Assembly: GCA_036172245.1 (NCBI GenBank)
Contig: JAYWIR010000016.1
Coordinates: forward strand, 186,001-250,000
Reading direction: 5' to 3'
Origin: Raillietiella orientalis
Lineage: Eukaryota
Length of the DNA stretch: 64,000 nt
Below the pieces are notes generated by a model. The model was not told the origin of the DNA. It ran no database searches and was given only the letters and a program-made list of their open reading frames with translations. How positions within the stretch are numbered: the stretch's first letter is position 1; each line of letters starts with the position of its first letter. The position numbers and the translations under genes are program-made. Shown here one piece after another: positions 25,824-39,353 of this stretch.

Positions 25824-28800
25824 CCCTTGTACACTCATTCGACAAAGCCATCATCCGTACGCATGCTCCACCATCCACCTCCATGGAGCAAACACGTGCC
25901 TTCGTGTATGGAGAGTGTTTTCCGTCTTCTTCGAATGAGCGACCCATTTTGACATCCTTCCGACTCCTGGTGACCACACTGCTCCGTGTCTCAAGTGAGG
26001 TGCGTGAAGCAGAGGCGCTCGTCCTGCTGGCCGGCAGACCCTTGGCTTCGCCTTCCCGCCACCATTTTTCCAGAGCATCACTCGACCGGGAGATGTGATG
26101 AGATTTCCACACTGCTCCGTCGAAGTTTTACACGCCGGAATTCCCGGCAGCTGTAGGAATGTGTCCAGAAAGTGTTTGCTGATTTGTGCGAGCGCGGATC
26201 AGTTTGTGCCGCGCGAAGCATATGTGTATGTGTGGCACAGCATTGCCGGGCACAGCGGCACTTGGGTCGTGCAAGGCGCACCTTGCGTCCCAAGCACGAG
26301 TTCACATCCATCGAGTTGGTGAAAGTTTCTCCCTGCGGCTTTATGGCACTTCCGTTCGGGTATGGCGGTACGCGTGCAGCAGCATGCGTTCTTGTGTACA
26401 TTCCAAGTGTCCAGATGCCGTTGTCATGCACAAAAGAGCAGAAGCATGAAACGGCTTCTGTTCTCTCCCCCACGCCCTCCTTGCGGAAGATTGCGGAAGT
26501 TTTACCTGTCACTAGGCAACGAAGGGTGCCCCTCTGCTTTATCTGTGCGCGCGTGGAACAAATCCTATTCGGATGCCCCCTTTGATCTACGGAATGTGTG
26601 CAGCAAGGTATCCTACGAGAGCGTCGTCAAGGTGTCTTTTGTTTTGCTTCGCATCTCCTCGTGACAGGGCACTCCTAATTGCTTTTGATCAGAGGGCAGT
26701 CAGCGATTTCATGCGAAGCCGTCCAGGATCGGCGTCGTGGGGTGGTCCAAAAGCCCGACCTTTCTTCGGTTAGTCCGATTCGCCTGCTCGCGTCAGCTCC
26801 GAGAAACAGACACTCTTGGAGGCCACTGTGGGCACCGGGAAGGTCCTACCCAGATCTGTTTGATCCTCGGAGTCTCCTCAAGGCCGAACGGGTGCTTCTC
26901 GACGTTTCGACGAGACTCGGTTCGAGGCTGGAACGCAGCGCCGGGGAATCTGCGCATCCTCACCGCGCTGCGGCATGCCGACTCGCAGTCTCTCCTGAAC
27001 TGCACTCGTCAGAGGAGAGGCCAGGAGGAGGCGCGAGCGTCCGTCCCCTGCTGCCGAGCAGCAGTGAAACGTCTCGTTTCCGTCCTCCATGCCGACGCAC
27101 GATCCGGACAGTACCGCACTCACGCGAATTGTCCCCTCGGGGAGGGGCTGTGATCACACGTCTCCACGGTTCGCATGGTGATTGGTCACCTAGTGGAACG
27201 GAATGCTCTCGAAGCGGTTCGTCCCGCACGGAGGCGAAGTCGTCACATCAAAGGACACCCCTCCTCCGAAGCCTTCCCCTCACCCACCCCAGCTTCGCGT
27301 TCCCTTCCGTCGAGAGCGCGGATCGCCGGTCGTTCCGAAAACCCGGCGGCATTACGTTCGCAGAGACCTCGGGGATAGTCACCTTCCGACCCCGCCGTCC
27401 TGGACGCACATGAACGCACAAGCCCGCGCTGTCTTGGATGCACTGGGTGCTACGGATCCTGCGCTCCGGGGAGAGGGAGGAATGACCGCGCACTGGGCGT
27501 TGGTCTGCCTCTAGGGAGCGAGTCTTCAGCTGCAGCCCCGGAGGAGGCAGCGCAACGCAGTGAGGCGCCTTACGGGAGCGAGCGGTCCTCGCCGGACGGC
27601 GCAAGCGGACGACATAAAGGAGCCGCTTCGAGGTCCCGGAAGACGAGAAGAGCCCGTCAGGAGGGAATGTGCTCGAACGTAACGCTGCACTCCCGTGGGG
27701 CACGAGATGGGTCACCTTCCGACCTTCTCGAGAACCGCACTGCCTCGTCCGGATGTGGAGGGCGGCTGCTGCGCCACTTTTGTGCCTTCCAAAACGTCGG
27801 GATGCTTCCCTAGAGGCACGGGGTTCTCCAGACATGGGGAAGTTCCGGGAAAAACAACCCCACAGGTTAGAGCGTGACTTTCGTGGTCATCCGTAGCAGT
27901 GTGCCCGCAGCTCCGTGCGGTGGGGTTTTTCATGGACTCAGGAGTGAGCCCGCAAAGGATCCAGCTGGGGTTTGGGTGAACAGTCAAAAGCGTCCCAAAC
28001 CTCTTCTTCGAAATCTCTCTTGGCATGCACGGGGGGAAGGGGAGGGGGAGCTAACAACCGTTTGGGTCGATTAGGCGAAGTTCCAATCTGGGAGCAGAAA
28101 CCCCAGGGTCCCACGGATGGGGAGTTCATTGTGCGGGAAGCTGCATCGTGTGCACTTTGGTGCTTCCGCGCCTCCGCCCGCACTTCGTGTCCCCACTTGC
28201 TCCCCCTCCTTTTTCCTTCGCCGGAAGCGGACCGAGCCCTCGGGCGGAATCACACGATGCTACCGCCGCTGCGTCTGCCCCGCGTATGCCGGCACGCGCG
28301 CGTAGCGAACGGTGACCTCCTGCGCCCTCGGCTAGGTGGAATGAGCTCCGTCGAAGGAGGGCGTAGGTCTCCCGAAAAGGGGTTTCGGGAACCGGAGGGA
28401 AAGCAGCAACTCCGTCCGGAAGCGAACCTCCAGGCGTTCGCAGTGCCGTGCGCGGCGCGAGGCGACCTGCCCCGGGACTTTCAGCACGCTGAAGCTGCAA
28501 CAGACGTCCCGCCGTGCGGTCGGACGTGAGTTCGCGTACGTTGGGGGGAGATCTGGGCGAAGTGGGGGGGGGGGAGATCGAGAGCTGACCAGTCGAGCGA
28601 CCAGTGTGCTCCAGGCGGCACTCGATCATCCGATGCAGCGCGGCTCCCGGACGAAGTGGATCGGCTGCATGATTTTCCAGCCTCCCACGAGCGGTCCCAG
28701 GATGTTGCTCGGAGGTGCGGAGGGCGCCTCTCTGTCTCGCGCGTCGCTCGCGGGATACGGCGAGGGAGGTTGGCCACTCGGTGCAAAGGAGCCTGCGTGA

Positions 28801-29460
28801 CCGTGCAGGGACCCCAGCGGGCGCGCTTTCCCATCCCCGTGCTAGGGCAGAAGGCGGGTCGATTTTCCCTTCGTGGCGGTGGTCTCCGTTTCGCTCATTT
28901 TGTTGGGGCGCTGGCATGAACCCCTGAGCTGCACGACTTTTGAGTTTGGGAGATGTGACTGGCCGTGGTTCCGGGGGGGGGGGAGGGAATACCCTTCCCC
29001 CTCCCGCTTTCCATTTGCGGACTCGACCACCCCATTTGTGTGTAGGCACGGAGGGACGCGCGCCTTCCGATGCGTGCGGCGGCGGTCGCGGTCCGTTGCA
29101 CGAATCAGAAGGTGGCAGCGGCATGGGGGAGGGGAGGAGGGGCGGACTTCCCGTGCCAGCTGATGGAGGTGTCGCTCCGCCAGGAGGGGCTGTTCGCTCC
29201 CCTTCGGTGGCTCTCTCAACTTCGAGTGACGCTCACGGCAAGGGCGTTTGCCTTCCTGCTCGGTCGGGCGGGGGCCTTGCTCTCTCCCTGCTGAGGACGC
29301 GTGCCGGAGTTGCACGCCTGCAGGAGACACGGAACACTTGACACACATGAAGCTGCGCGCACGCACGCAGGGAACTGACACATCGGTTTCTTTCTCCAGG
29401 AGAGCTGACCGCTGAAGGACAAGCAGCAGCTTCCTGCGCAGGGAAAGGAGGAGCGGGAGG

Positions 29461-32189
29461 ATGAAGTGCAACCAGAACGTGCGCATCACGTGCTCCAAAG
29501 TGATGCTCGTCCCGTACAGGGGATCCCACGTGCAGAAGTAAGGGCGCGCGCGCTTGTCCCGGGGTCCGGGTTCGTTCCCAGGGCCTCCGCCCCGCGCCTC
29601 GCTCCATCCTTGCTTGGCGACCGAAGCCGGTCGTCCCCCTTCCGCTCCCCCTCCTGCCTGCGACGAGACGAAAGCGACGCCGAGCCCTTAGCGGTCGCCC
29701 GAGCGCACCTTCCGAAACTCCGAAGGGTTTCTTCGCTTTGCGCGCGCGACCTGAGGACGCACTTTTTCGCGGATGGATTCAAGGGAAGACGACGATCCCG
29801 TGCCATCATCAGTGCCACAATGGCGCTCCATCCTACCCTCACGCCACCTGCCGTCGTTTTTCTCTCGAATGAAAGGCGTCCTCGCGACACGGGTGGATCG
29901 AAACCTTTGCAAGATGGAGCCCTCTAGGCCGAGATGGGTGAGGGGGAGAGAAGGGAGAAAGAACCGGATGTTCCCAGCGTTTCCCTCCTCTTCTGAGAGC
30001 AACACCTGACCTCGGCCGGCTGGAAAGGTGTACCACCTGCGACATTCCGAAATACCCTTCCCCCGGATTCCTGCAAGGATTTCGGAATCCTTGCAGGAAC
30101 TTCGACACCATCGTTCTCTTCCCCCCTCCCCCCTTTCGCTCGCACGTCGAACTTGTAGTTCGCGCCCATCCCTTGTCGCAGGAGGCCCGGGGGGACGGAA
30201 CCTGAAGCAGTTTCAACTTAAGTCCTCCTCCTGCATGGTGGTTGAAGTCTTGCACGCGCGTCCGTCCTCCGATCCGAACGCGCCTTCTTGGGCTCCGAGC
30301 TTTCATCATCTTCCTCTTGTCGACGTTGCCGACTAGAGGTTCAGCAAGGGCCGTGCCTGCGTGCCTTCCCCCCCCCCCCCCCATCCCCGCCAGCCTTGAA
30401 ACCCCTGGCGCTTTGCGGTTTCTGTGTAACCGCAGCGAGTTTTCGTCACGCTGCATCCGTCAGGGTTGCCCCTCCCTCCAAGTCTCCCACGGAACGTCGT
30501 CCCGCTCCGGCGTTTGTCGTAGGTGGCATCCGCCGCACCCTTGGACTGCCCTGAGACGGCGAATCACGTGGCTCGTTTTCCCGAGCGGCTCGGCCGGTCG
30601 CCGTGCATCCTCCGGACCGGCACGCCGCTTGCTGCCGCCCCTCCCTCCCCGGACCGCCCCCGTGGCTCCTGCGACGGGCGGGTGGACGCCGCTGCCTCCG
30701 GAAGACGCTGCCTCGCCCTTGCACCCGTCCCCGCGTTTCGAATGGGACGCGGCGGCTGGCGCTCCTCGTCTTGCGGCACGCCCCTCTCCTTCCCGTGCGC
30801 CCGAACGCGCAGCGCGCGCCTCCTCCCTTCCCATGACACATCGGAACGCCTCAGAAGGCGAGCTGCCCGCAGTCTTTTCCTCCGCTCGGGGAGGATGCGC
30901 TGGACAGCCTCCGGCTTCCGGAGAAGGGGAGGGTCGCCGAGCCTGTCGGTCCGCGCGGAGGGGGGCAAGTGTCTCCTTTCGCTACTCCTCGCACCTCCTC
31001 CTCTCCCACCGGCTCCGCAGGTACCACGGCTGGATGGCGGACGCAGACCTGCGGAGCGCGACATCCTCGGAACCGCTTACCCTGGAAGAGGAGTACGAGA
31101 TGCAGGAGACCTGGCGCGAGGACCCGCACAGTAGGTCGCGCGGTGGAGGAAAGGGAGGACGCGTCGTGCCCACCCACTCGTCCCTTCCCAGAGTGCACCT
31201 TCATCGTCCTGGACCTCGCAGCGTGGCAGCGCAGCCGGTGCGAGCTCGGTGAGTGGTTGGCTGGCTCCACCCTGTTCCCGGAGTAGGGGCGGAAGCTTCC
31301 TCTGAAGCGCAGAAAGGCAGGGGGTCCACCCCTGCCTTTCTGCGCTTCTCTCCTCCCGGTCGGCCCCGGGAACTCCCGAATGGGGTTCGGTTCAGGAAGG
31401 AACGACCAGGGGTGCACAAGTGTCCCGTCGCGGGGTCGCCGCCGTCCCCTGACAGGGAGCGCAGTCCCCCGAGCTGCCTCGTCCTGGCGAACGCGCCTAC
31501 TGCGACGGGAGAACTCGCGTTTGGCTTCTCTCGGCTCTCCCGTCCGCTTTGCTCCCCCTCCCCGCCCCCCTCCGAATTCGCGCAGCCTCCCTGGATCTTC
31601 CCTCGACCGAGGAACTTCCTTCCAGATTCCATGATCGGGGACGTCAACCTGTTCCTGATGCCCGATGATCCGGGAGTCGCGGAGATCAGTGTGATGATAG
31701 CGGAAGCGGCATCCAGGGGTCAAGGAAGGGGGAAGGAATCGACCCTCGCCATGATGAAATACGGTGATTGCGTTCTCCTCGTTCTCCCCTGCCTCTTTTC
31801 TTTCAAACGGGGATGAGGTGGGGGGGGGGGGGGGGAGAGACAAAGGAAGGGAAAAACAAAGCGCTTCTTGTGTCTGCAGGCGCGGACCAGCTGCGGATAC
31901 GGAGATTCGTTGCGAAGATCCTCTGGGAGAACACGGAGAGCGTCCGTCTGTTCTCGTCGCTGGGATTCGTGGAGGTACGGGCAGGACGAAGGGGAGAAGC
32001 GATGTAGCTGATCTTCTGCCTTCCCTCTCCCCCCGTGTTGGGGTGTGTTTTTTCCCCTTCCAGACGTCCCGCTGCGAGATCTTCCGCGAGAGCACGTGGG
32101 AGCTGGAGATCGTCGACCCCCTCTTCCGTGGTCTTGTGGACGACGGGCTCCTCCTGCCCACGTATCGCGTCGACCTGGAGACCGCATGA
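29461..32189 (+). CDS. NAT9: N-acetyltransferase 9-like protein (GNAT family), 6 coding exons
   Basis: Exons 29461-29537, 31021-31130, 31192-31248, 31626-31763, 31880-31974, 32064-32189, all GT-AG and phase-compatible. Protein MKCNQNVRITCSKVMLVPYRGSHVQKYHGWM...[31 protein letters not shown]...MIGDVNLFL...AEISVMIAEAASRGQGRGKE...FVAKI...N.ES.RLF.SLGF is the NAT9 signature with an acetyl-CoA RGxG motif. Confidence 0.95.
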
Positions 32190-32306
32190 AGCGCGTTTCT
32201 GCTGCGCAGGAGGGGCACGCACGCGGTGCCACCAAAGAGACCAAAGAAGTGAGGCCAAGCCCTAGCTGCTGGTGTGTTCCTCCGCCACCATCTTGCTTCC
32301 CTGCTG

Positions 32307-32312
32307 AATAAA
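32307..32312 (+). terminator. Polyadenylation signal of NAT9
   Basis: Tandem AATAAA hexamers about 120 nt after the stop. Confidence 0.6.
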
Positions 32313-34124
32313 AATAAAAAAAAACACGAAGAGGGGGGGGGGGGGCAGCGCGCTTACGTTACGTGATGGTCCGCAGACGGCCTTTACGACACTTTTGAAC
32401 CGCTGCTCCATTCAGCACTTCAGACGAGGGCCGAGCCTCCGGGAGTGTTTGTGCCGCCTCCGATTCGCTGCGCCGTACCAGCAGCGACGAGCTACCGGGA
32501 AAGTGGCGCAGGAGAAACGGCACTGGCTCCCAAACGGAGCGTGGGACTGCTGACTCCGTGACTCCCCCCCCCCCTTGCAGTCGAAAGCGGCGGCAACAAG
32601 CACGCGGCTGCACCCCGCTTTTTCATGCCGCAGCAGCAGGCTCTGCATCTGTGAACCCCAGCAGCCGCAGCAGCTCCTGCCCAGCAGTAACGACGCTTCC
32701 CACTGTTTTTGGCCTTCCCTCTCCCTCGTGAGTGTCGGTTCCTGGGCTTCTTCCCCGGGAAACGTGCGGCCCTCGCCACATGTTGGCGACTGCCTTCGTC
32801 CCGTGTGCCGTGAAGGGGCGGAAACAGCGTGGCTGCCCCAACTTCACTTGGCTCCTGTGCTCCGTCTGACCTTTCCCGGAAGCACCATACGTCTTCCTGT
32901 TGCAGGTCGTCGTTCGAGTCCATCCAAAGTCCGATCACGGCGGCCACACAGGAACGGGACTTGGTCTGCATGGCAGGGAATTTTTTCTTCCCTCCTGCTT
33001 TGAATTCCTGTCGTGAAAGCCGCAGTCCTCACGCTCGCCAGTGACGCATACTTCCTGGAGGGGCGTGCGTCAGAAGATTCAGCTGCTTCTCTGGGGATGA
33101 GTGCACTCGAGGGTGCACGACACGAAAGCACACGAGCGTGCAAGATCGATTCCTTCTCCACGTCACGGCTCTCTCTTTCGTGTGCTTGCGAACAGAATTG
33201 CTAAGGGCAGCTTACCGGCGTTCGCAGCGCAGGTGCGCCGGGATGTTCTGTGCCCGCAAACAGGCTTACCACCCGCCGTGCGCGATGCACCTCGGATGCG
33301 CAAACTGGCCAAACCAATTCCATCTGTTGAACACCCGCGCGGACTTCTCGTTTTTGTCGTATCCGCCGACCTCGGCGCGTGTTGGCCTGCCCTCCCCCGC
33401 CAGGGACCAACACGCATACGTCACTGCCGACACGAAATGAAGTAAACTTCGCCTGCCCTCCACGCGTGAGTTCCGGCGGGCAGTTCTGGCGACGTGCGGG
33501 CCACTGCTGCGAGCCGAACTTGGCCCCATTTTCTTTCTTTCTTTCTTTCTTTCCCCCTCCTGTTTGTCTTTGCAGCTGCCCTCGCCATTCCAACCAGTCA
33601 ACTCGGTGCCAAATCTGCCAACCCAATTTGTACTGTACAGCGTTTGCGCACAGCTGAGTTCCCTGAACTGCTTGTTAACGCAGTTGGCCTCATCGCCTAA
33701 GCACCTATTTTTCGATAACTTCCACGAGTGTCTACTGCTAATTTATTGATTATTAATTAATGAGCAACTAATGGGCAATCGACAGGTGATTTCATTGGCT
33801 GCCCGGGTCCATCCACATGGCGGCTCCCGCGCCACCCAGGGTTAGCCCTGAAACGATGTTTTTAACCTCGATTGTAATTAACTTCTGTGTACAAGCAAAC
33901 GAGTGTCGGCGTGAAGTGTGGCCATAAGGCAGCATTCCCCAGAGTACACACGCACCTGTGTACTTTCCCTTGGTTGCCCTTTTTTTTCGAGTGAGCGGAA
34001 GCACAGATCAGTAAGCAGCAGTTTGCAGTCACCGCCCGTCTCTAAATTTCTTTCTTTGGCGGGAAGCAGCGCGCATGTTCGAGGGGTGGTCTTTTTGGAC
34101 AGACGGGAACCGACTGACAGCGAT

Positions 34125-34157
34125 CACCACCACCACCACCACCACCACCACCACCAC
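34125..34157. repeat. (CAC)11 microsatellite
   Basis: Direct reading of the sequence. Confidence 0.95.
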
Positions 34158-35885
34158 CCGCTTCCCACCCATCTGGAAAATCCCGGTGTTCCCCCTGAAG
34201 CTGCTGCTGCTGCTTCGCGTTCTACTCGCGACGCGGAGTCCTGAAGCGAAACCGTGTTCTCGGAGGGAACGGCTCAAGTGGCTGCTGCTCCTTGCAAGTG
34301 GCTGATCTCATCCTGGATGACTCGCAGCTGATTGAGTGGCCGCCGCTCGGTTCGCTTCGCTTCTCCCCGGGCAGAACCAAGAAACACTTGGAAAGTTGAA
34401 TCAGCGCGGAAAGAGGCAGGAACAGAAAGAGGGTTTCTCTTCTCCCGGTGCTTCCTGCAAGCGCGTCGCCAAGTAGCGGGCGTTAGGATTACAGGATCTG
34501 TTCGCGCCAAGATTGAGCAAGGTCGTGCAAATCAGGGCAGGAGCCCCTTCTTCCCTGGAAGGGCCTGCCGGGCAGCTGAAAGCTTTTTTTTTTTTTTTCC
34601 CCCCCCCCCCTTTTTCGCTCCACGCCGAGGCGGTAGTGCCTCCTCATCTAAGCTGGATGGTATCTGTCGAAATGCAGACAAGCGACCCAGAGGAGAGGAA
34701 ACTGGGAGAGAAATGTCGACGTCGGAACCCCCCTCCTCCACGAAGAGATAAGTTTGCCAGTTTCGCATCATTTCGTGGACTTGCCGATGTTCCTACCGCA
34801 GATGTATCTGAAAGTTGGACTTGCCAACGCCTTCATAATCAAAGTGCAGATTGGGCATGATAAACGAAGACAAGATGCCGCTATCTGTTTCACGAGAAGA
34901 TACGTAGAAGACAAGATAATGCGTACCGATAAATCAGCTGTTGCAGTTGTGCCGAGTAACCAGATGGAAGAGTTAGATGCTCTGCGCTATCCTCCCTTCG
35001 TCTCGTGGAGAGCACGCAAAAAAATTTTTTTTTTTTTTATCCCGATATTTGACTTTCTGGTTCTTTCGAGTTGCGCGTTCAAAGATCTGTGATTCCCTTC
35101 GCTTCTCTGTCGGGAAAATGCGCATTCGGGAATTCCACCCGCGACCTCCGTCTGAGTCTGCAATTTCTCTCCCCCTGGAAGAGCTTGCTCCTTGGATTTT
35201 TGTTTTTCCTCCTCCTCACCCTCGCAGCAGGCAAGGGGATGGGGTGTCCACGGGAACTCCAAGCGCTGTCGATCGCAAAATTCGGCGCGGGATCCGTGGA
35301 CGCGCGTCGCATTGGCGATTTGCATGCCCCTTGCCAGCGGAGCAACGATCCGCATTCGGGTCGCTACGGGAAACGGGGGAGACGTCGTCATTACCGAGAG
35401 AAGATGCAAGAGAATAGTGGCGAAGGAGGAGCAGTGTGAGGCGAAAGACAATGATGAAGTATAGGAGAGAGCTCTGCAATTGAAAGGGGGGGGGGACCAT
35501 AACGGTCTTGGTCCCCTGGAGGGTTTTTGGGTAACGAATTTCCTTGCTGGCGGCACAAAAAAAGAAATCTGCACCGCTGTCGGCATGGTCCGGGAGGGGA
35601 GTGACGTCCCAGTCACGACCGTGTGCGCTCAGCATGGATCGGAAGAAGGCCTGGCAAAGGAGCAGTGGGCCCGCGGAGTTGCCGCAACCGGGGTGTCTGC
35701 TCTCCCCCCCACCAACTGTGGGTGCGAGTCGAGCATTTCGCGACGGCAGCGAAACCCTGGGTAAGTTGCAGCAAGACAGGGAGGCACTTTCCTGAAGCAC
35801 CGGAAGCCATTTTTCAACATCCTCACACAATCAGGTCTTGAAGCGTTGACTTATTATTCTTATTTTCGTTCTCGGAATTTGTACA

Positions 35886-35912
35886 TTTGTTTGTTTATTT
35901 GTTTGTTTGTTT

Positions 35913-35953
<41 letters not shown>
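35886..35953. repeat. (TTTG)n followed by a ~40 nt poly-T tract
   Basis: Direct reading; reads as an A-rich tail on the - strand. Confidence 0.9.
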
Positions 35954-35959
<6 letters not shown>

Positions 35960-36682
35960 TGTGCACCGTGTTAAGCCCGTCTGAATCGTGTCTGTCCACA
36001 CCCCAGTGTACCTCGCATGCATAACGTGTGTGCTGACACTTTTTCATGAGCTGCGTATGTGTGTCCCAGGCTTTCCTTTCTGCCCCCCCCCCCCCCCCCC
36101 ATCCCGAAATTAGAGCTGAAACGAAGGAGTCAGCTGGAAAAAAAGAAAAGAAAAGAAAGGATGTTGCCGTATCAGACTGCCTTCGCATCCGCGAATTTGC
36201 GATCGTGCAGTCTGCCGCTGCATCCATTGATCCGTGCAACCCGTTCGGTGTTGAGGGTTGTGACCGCTGGGTCCTTTTTTTTTTTCACTGACAACCGCGC
36301 ATACGTTCTGGATTGTCTTTCTTTACCTGAAGAGTTGGTCATCTTTCGAAGCAACGCGGAGAGGCTGCAGCCCGCGTCGGAGGCTTTGTGGTTACGGTGG
36401 TCTCAGTGCGTGTGGTCACCATGCGTCGCGGGTTCGAATACTCGGGCAGAAACCGACGCCACTGCTTCGTTGGGCTCCGAGTTCCTTCTGCAAGATGGCG
36501 CTGGTTGGCCTACAAACATTCGGGTGCGGCACCGGTAGCGGTCCAAACCGGAGGCCCCCGATGAAGACCGGAACGACGGGAGTCGACCTTCGGGTCCTTC
36601 CAGGAATCGGTCACAACGGAAAGCAGACCCCCCACACTGGGGGGATCCCTCCGGTTCGTTCAGATGGAGAAGGTGTGTAAGC

Positions 36683-37152
36683 CATCTCTCCAGATGTTGT
36701 TAAAGGAGAGGACCCCCCCATTCCAGGGGGGACCCTCCGAGTCGTACTTATGGAGTCGGTATGTCGCCACCTCTCCAGAGAGTGAAAGGAAGCGAGAGCG
36801 ATCGATCCCTTAGGGGAGGCAGGCCCCTGCTGAATTTCGGTAGCGTCCCTTCGGGGTTCTCTTCAGAGGAGTAAACAGGAGCGGTTCCCTTGCGGGTTCC
36901 CTCCGGAGAAGAAATTCCTACTAGCGGATATTTTCCGGTTCCCTTCGGAGGAGATGAAATGGATCGGACCCCACCCCCACCCGGGCGGTGTCCCTCCGGA
37001 GAGAATGAGGAAGGAGGTTCTCCTTCGGAGACAACCAGGGTGGAGGTGCGGTCCCCCCCTTCCAGGGGTGGGATCCCTCCCCAGGCGTGAGAGGAACGGA
37101 CTCCAAACCCTTCCTGGATTCTTAAGGAGGGCCCCCATCTCGGGGGTGCCCC
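36683..37152. repeat. Hairpin-rich dispersed repeat, copy A
   Basis: Aligns by eye with 39354-39772; shared blocks include agcgtcccttcggggttctcttcagaggagt, gagatgaaatgga/aagatgaaatgga, gtgtccctccggagagaatgaggaag, ggatccctcccca and cccttcctggattc. Carries an internal ~45 nt duplication absent from copy B. Confidence 0.85.
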
Positions 37153-39353
37153 TCGGATGTGCCCGTGGAGGTCGCGTGGTTTTCGAGACGATTCAAAAAG
37201 AGGCGCATCTCCACGAGCCAAGTCCGGTCGGTCGGTGGTCGGGCTGGCAGTCGAACCGAGGGCTGCTGGGGACCTACGCCTTCGGGGGTGGTGCGGGGGC
37301 TCCCACGGAGACACCCGAAAGTCGTGTTCTTGGCCGGTCTCGTTCATTATTTTCTCATTCGGATAGAGCTCCTGATTCCTGGGGGGAGAGCGAGAGAGAG
37401 AGGGGAGAGGGGAGATGCTGACGCACCCTGCTGGCGTGTTTAGACGGCGCCTGACGGCTGCTCTTCTCGATCGACACTCCGCGATATCCCTTCTGCTGCG
37501 CCCTGCATTTCCTTCTCATCAGCGCCTCCGTGAAGAAGAAAGTAGCGAGGGATAGGTCCGGACCATTGGATTGTACTTTGGAAAGGCCACACATCCCTTC
37601 ACGCAGTCGTTCTGCCATCTTCCCGTTCCGGAGCACCTACCACTTGCCTTGCGAACTCCCGGTCCTTGTCCAGTGTTGTGCAGAAGAGGTGCAGTTCGGT
37701 TTCCGCCTCGCCACCCAGAGTTCTCCTTACGAATCTGCGGACTGACTCTTCCGTTTGACCCCACATCGGAGTTTCCCCCCATGGTGTGGAACGGGACGAG
37801 GCCATCCCAGACATTTGGAGGGAGGTTCTCCTTCCACAACACAGGAGCGGCGGTGAGGAAGGCCAGTTTCCAAGAGAGAGAAAGATCCTGGCGCTGCGGT
37901 CGGAACTTTGCGCACGCCGAGGGAACTTTTTTTCCTCCTGCGCGTACGGTACAGTGCGGGAGAGTGGCCTGGCGGGTTGTGACCTTGCGGTTGACCTGCT
38001 GCTTCGCCGTTTGCCCAACTGGTCCGCCTCTGTAGGAAACGATGTTCCCAAATAGGTCGCGAGGTGGAGCTTTCTCCCCACCCCCATCCACGAGCCCTTG
38101 CTGCTTGATTGGACGAGCTGTGAGGAGAAAATTCGGAGCGGGTGAGTCAGACAGGATGGGGGACTTCATTGGAGGAAGGACGCTTTCGGTCCCCCCCACG
38201 TGCTGTGACAAGAGGAAGGAACGCACGGCCAACGCGCCACGTTGCGATGGGGGAATCGGCACCGCGAGACAAGGAAATGAAAGGGAGGTCGGAAAATCCC
38301 CTCCGAAAGCAAGCAAGGTCACTGCTGACTTTGGAGGTCGCGCTGTCTCCATTTGTCTTAAGGAACCCGATCATGAGAAATCCCCGTGTCACGGGTCCTC
38401 ATTTGGAGGATGTGGTCAAAGACCGTGGAACGCGTAGCTGCAAAAGTTGAGAGGGTGGGGGAGTGAGAAGACCAGGTCGGAGCCTGCGCCGGTTCAGGGA
38501 GAAGCCGGCTGCCCAGCAAACGCGGAAACGAATCCCCCCCCCCCCCTTCAAAAAAAAAAAGCGATTTGCCGCTTCGCAGTTGTCGGGGGGACGTACGGGT
38601 GGTCCCCGAAGACACCGACTGCGTTGCGAACTGGCGCAGGCGCGTGTGCGCAGTCGGGACGGATCTGCGTCCCGTCGCCTTTCCTTCGTCCCGGCAGGAG
38701 AGAGGCTCGCCGCCTCAAACGAAGCAGCACTGCTGCCGAGGCTCCTCCTCCCGAGGAAAGAGAGGGCGTAGGCCACAGGTCTCCCGGTCCCCATTTCGCG
38801 CACACAAGGAGTGTCCCCCTCCCGAGGGATTGGGAGGGCGCTCTCCCGATCGTTTCGTCATATCTGTGTCTTTCCCGCTTTCATCCTCATCCTGCTTTGT
38901 TTACGTGGGCAGAGGGGCGCCCCCTGGGCTCGACTCGGCACCAACAAAAAAAAAAGTGAAGAGACGGATGCTGGAAACTTTTCCGGGGGGGGTCTTCGAT
39001 TCCAGATTGCGGGAGTGTATACCCCTAAGAGTTTCGAAGATTCTCGAGCACGGCGTTTTACACGCCCTCCAACTACCACCACCACCAGTAGCTTCCCCCT
39101 CCCCTTCCTTCCTCCTTCTTCCCCCTTGCTGACGTGCCCCCTATCGGATCGCGACGCCACCGAACCGCACCGGGAAGCAAGAGGCCGGATCCCGCGCGGG
39201 GTGACCCCTAGCCCTCGCTTCGACAGAAGCCCACCCGGCATCACACTCCAACTCGCATTCTTCCGCTCCTCGTCGGTCGACGTTGTCTGCGTTGAGAAGC
39301 GGCGCTCCGCCCGACTGCTTGGGCCGCTTCCACCTCCCCTGCCACACGCAGGG

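Noticed and set aside
28842..29607. Minus-strand ORFs with protein-like text (…WDPLYGTSITLEHVMRTFWLHF…)
   Set aside because: Antisense shadow of NAT9 exon 1 on the + strand.
30851..32218. 455-aa minus-strand ORF
   Set aside because: Antisense to NAT9 in GC-rich DNA; Arg/Pro/Gly-rich with no domain.
33918..34244. ORF with poly-His and poly-Ala resembling a transcription factor
   Set aside because: Explained by the (CAC)11 microsatellite; ends in a stop with no DNA-binding domain or convincing splice sites.
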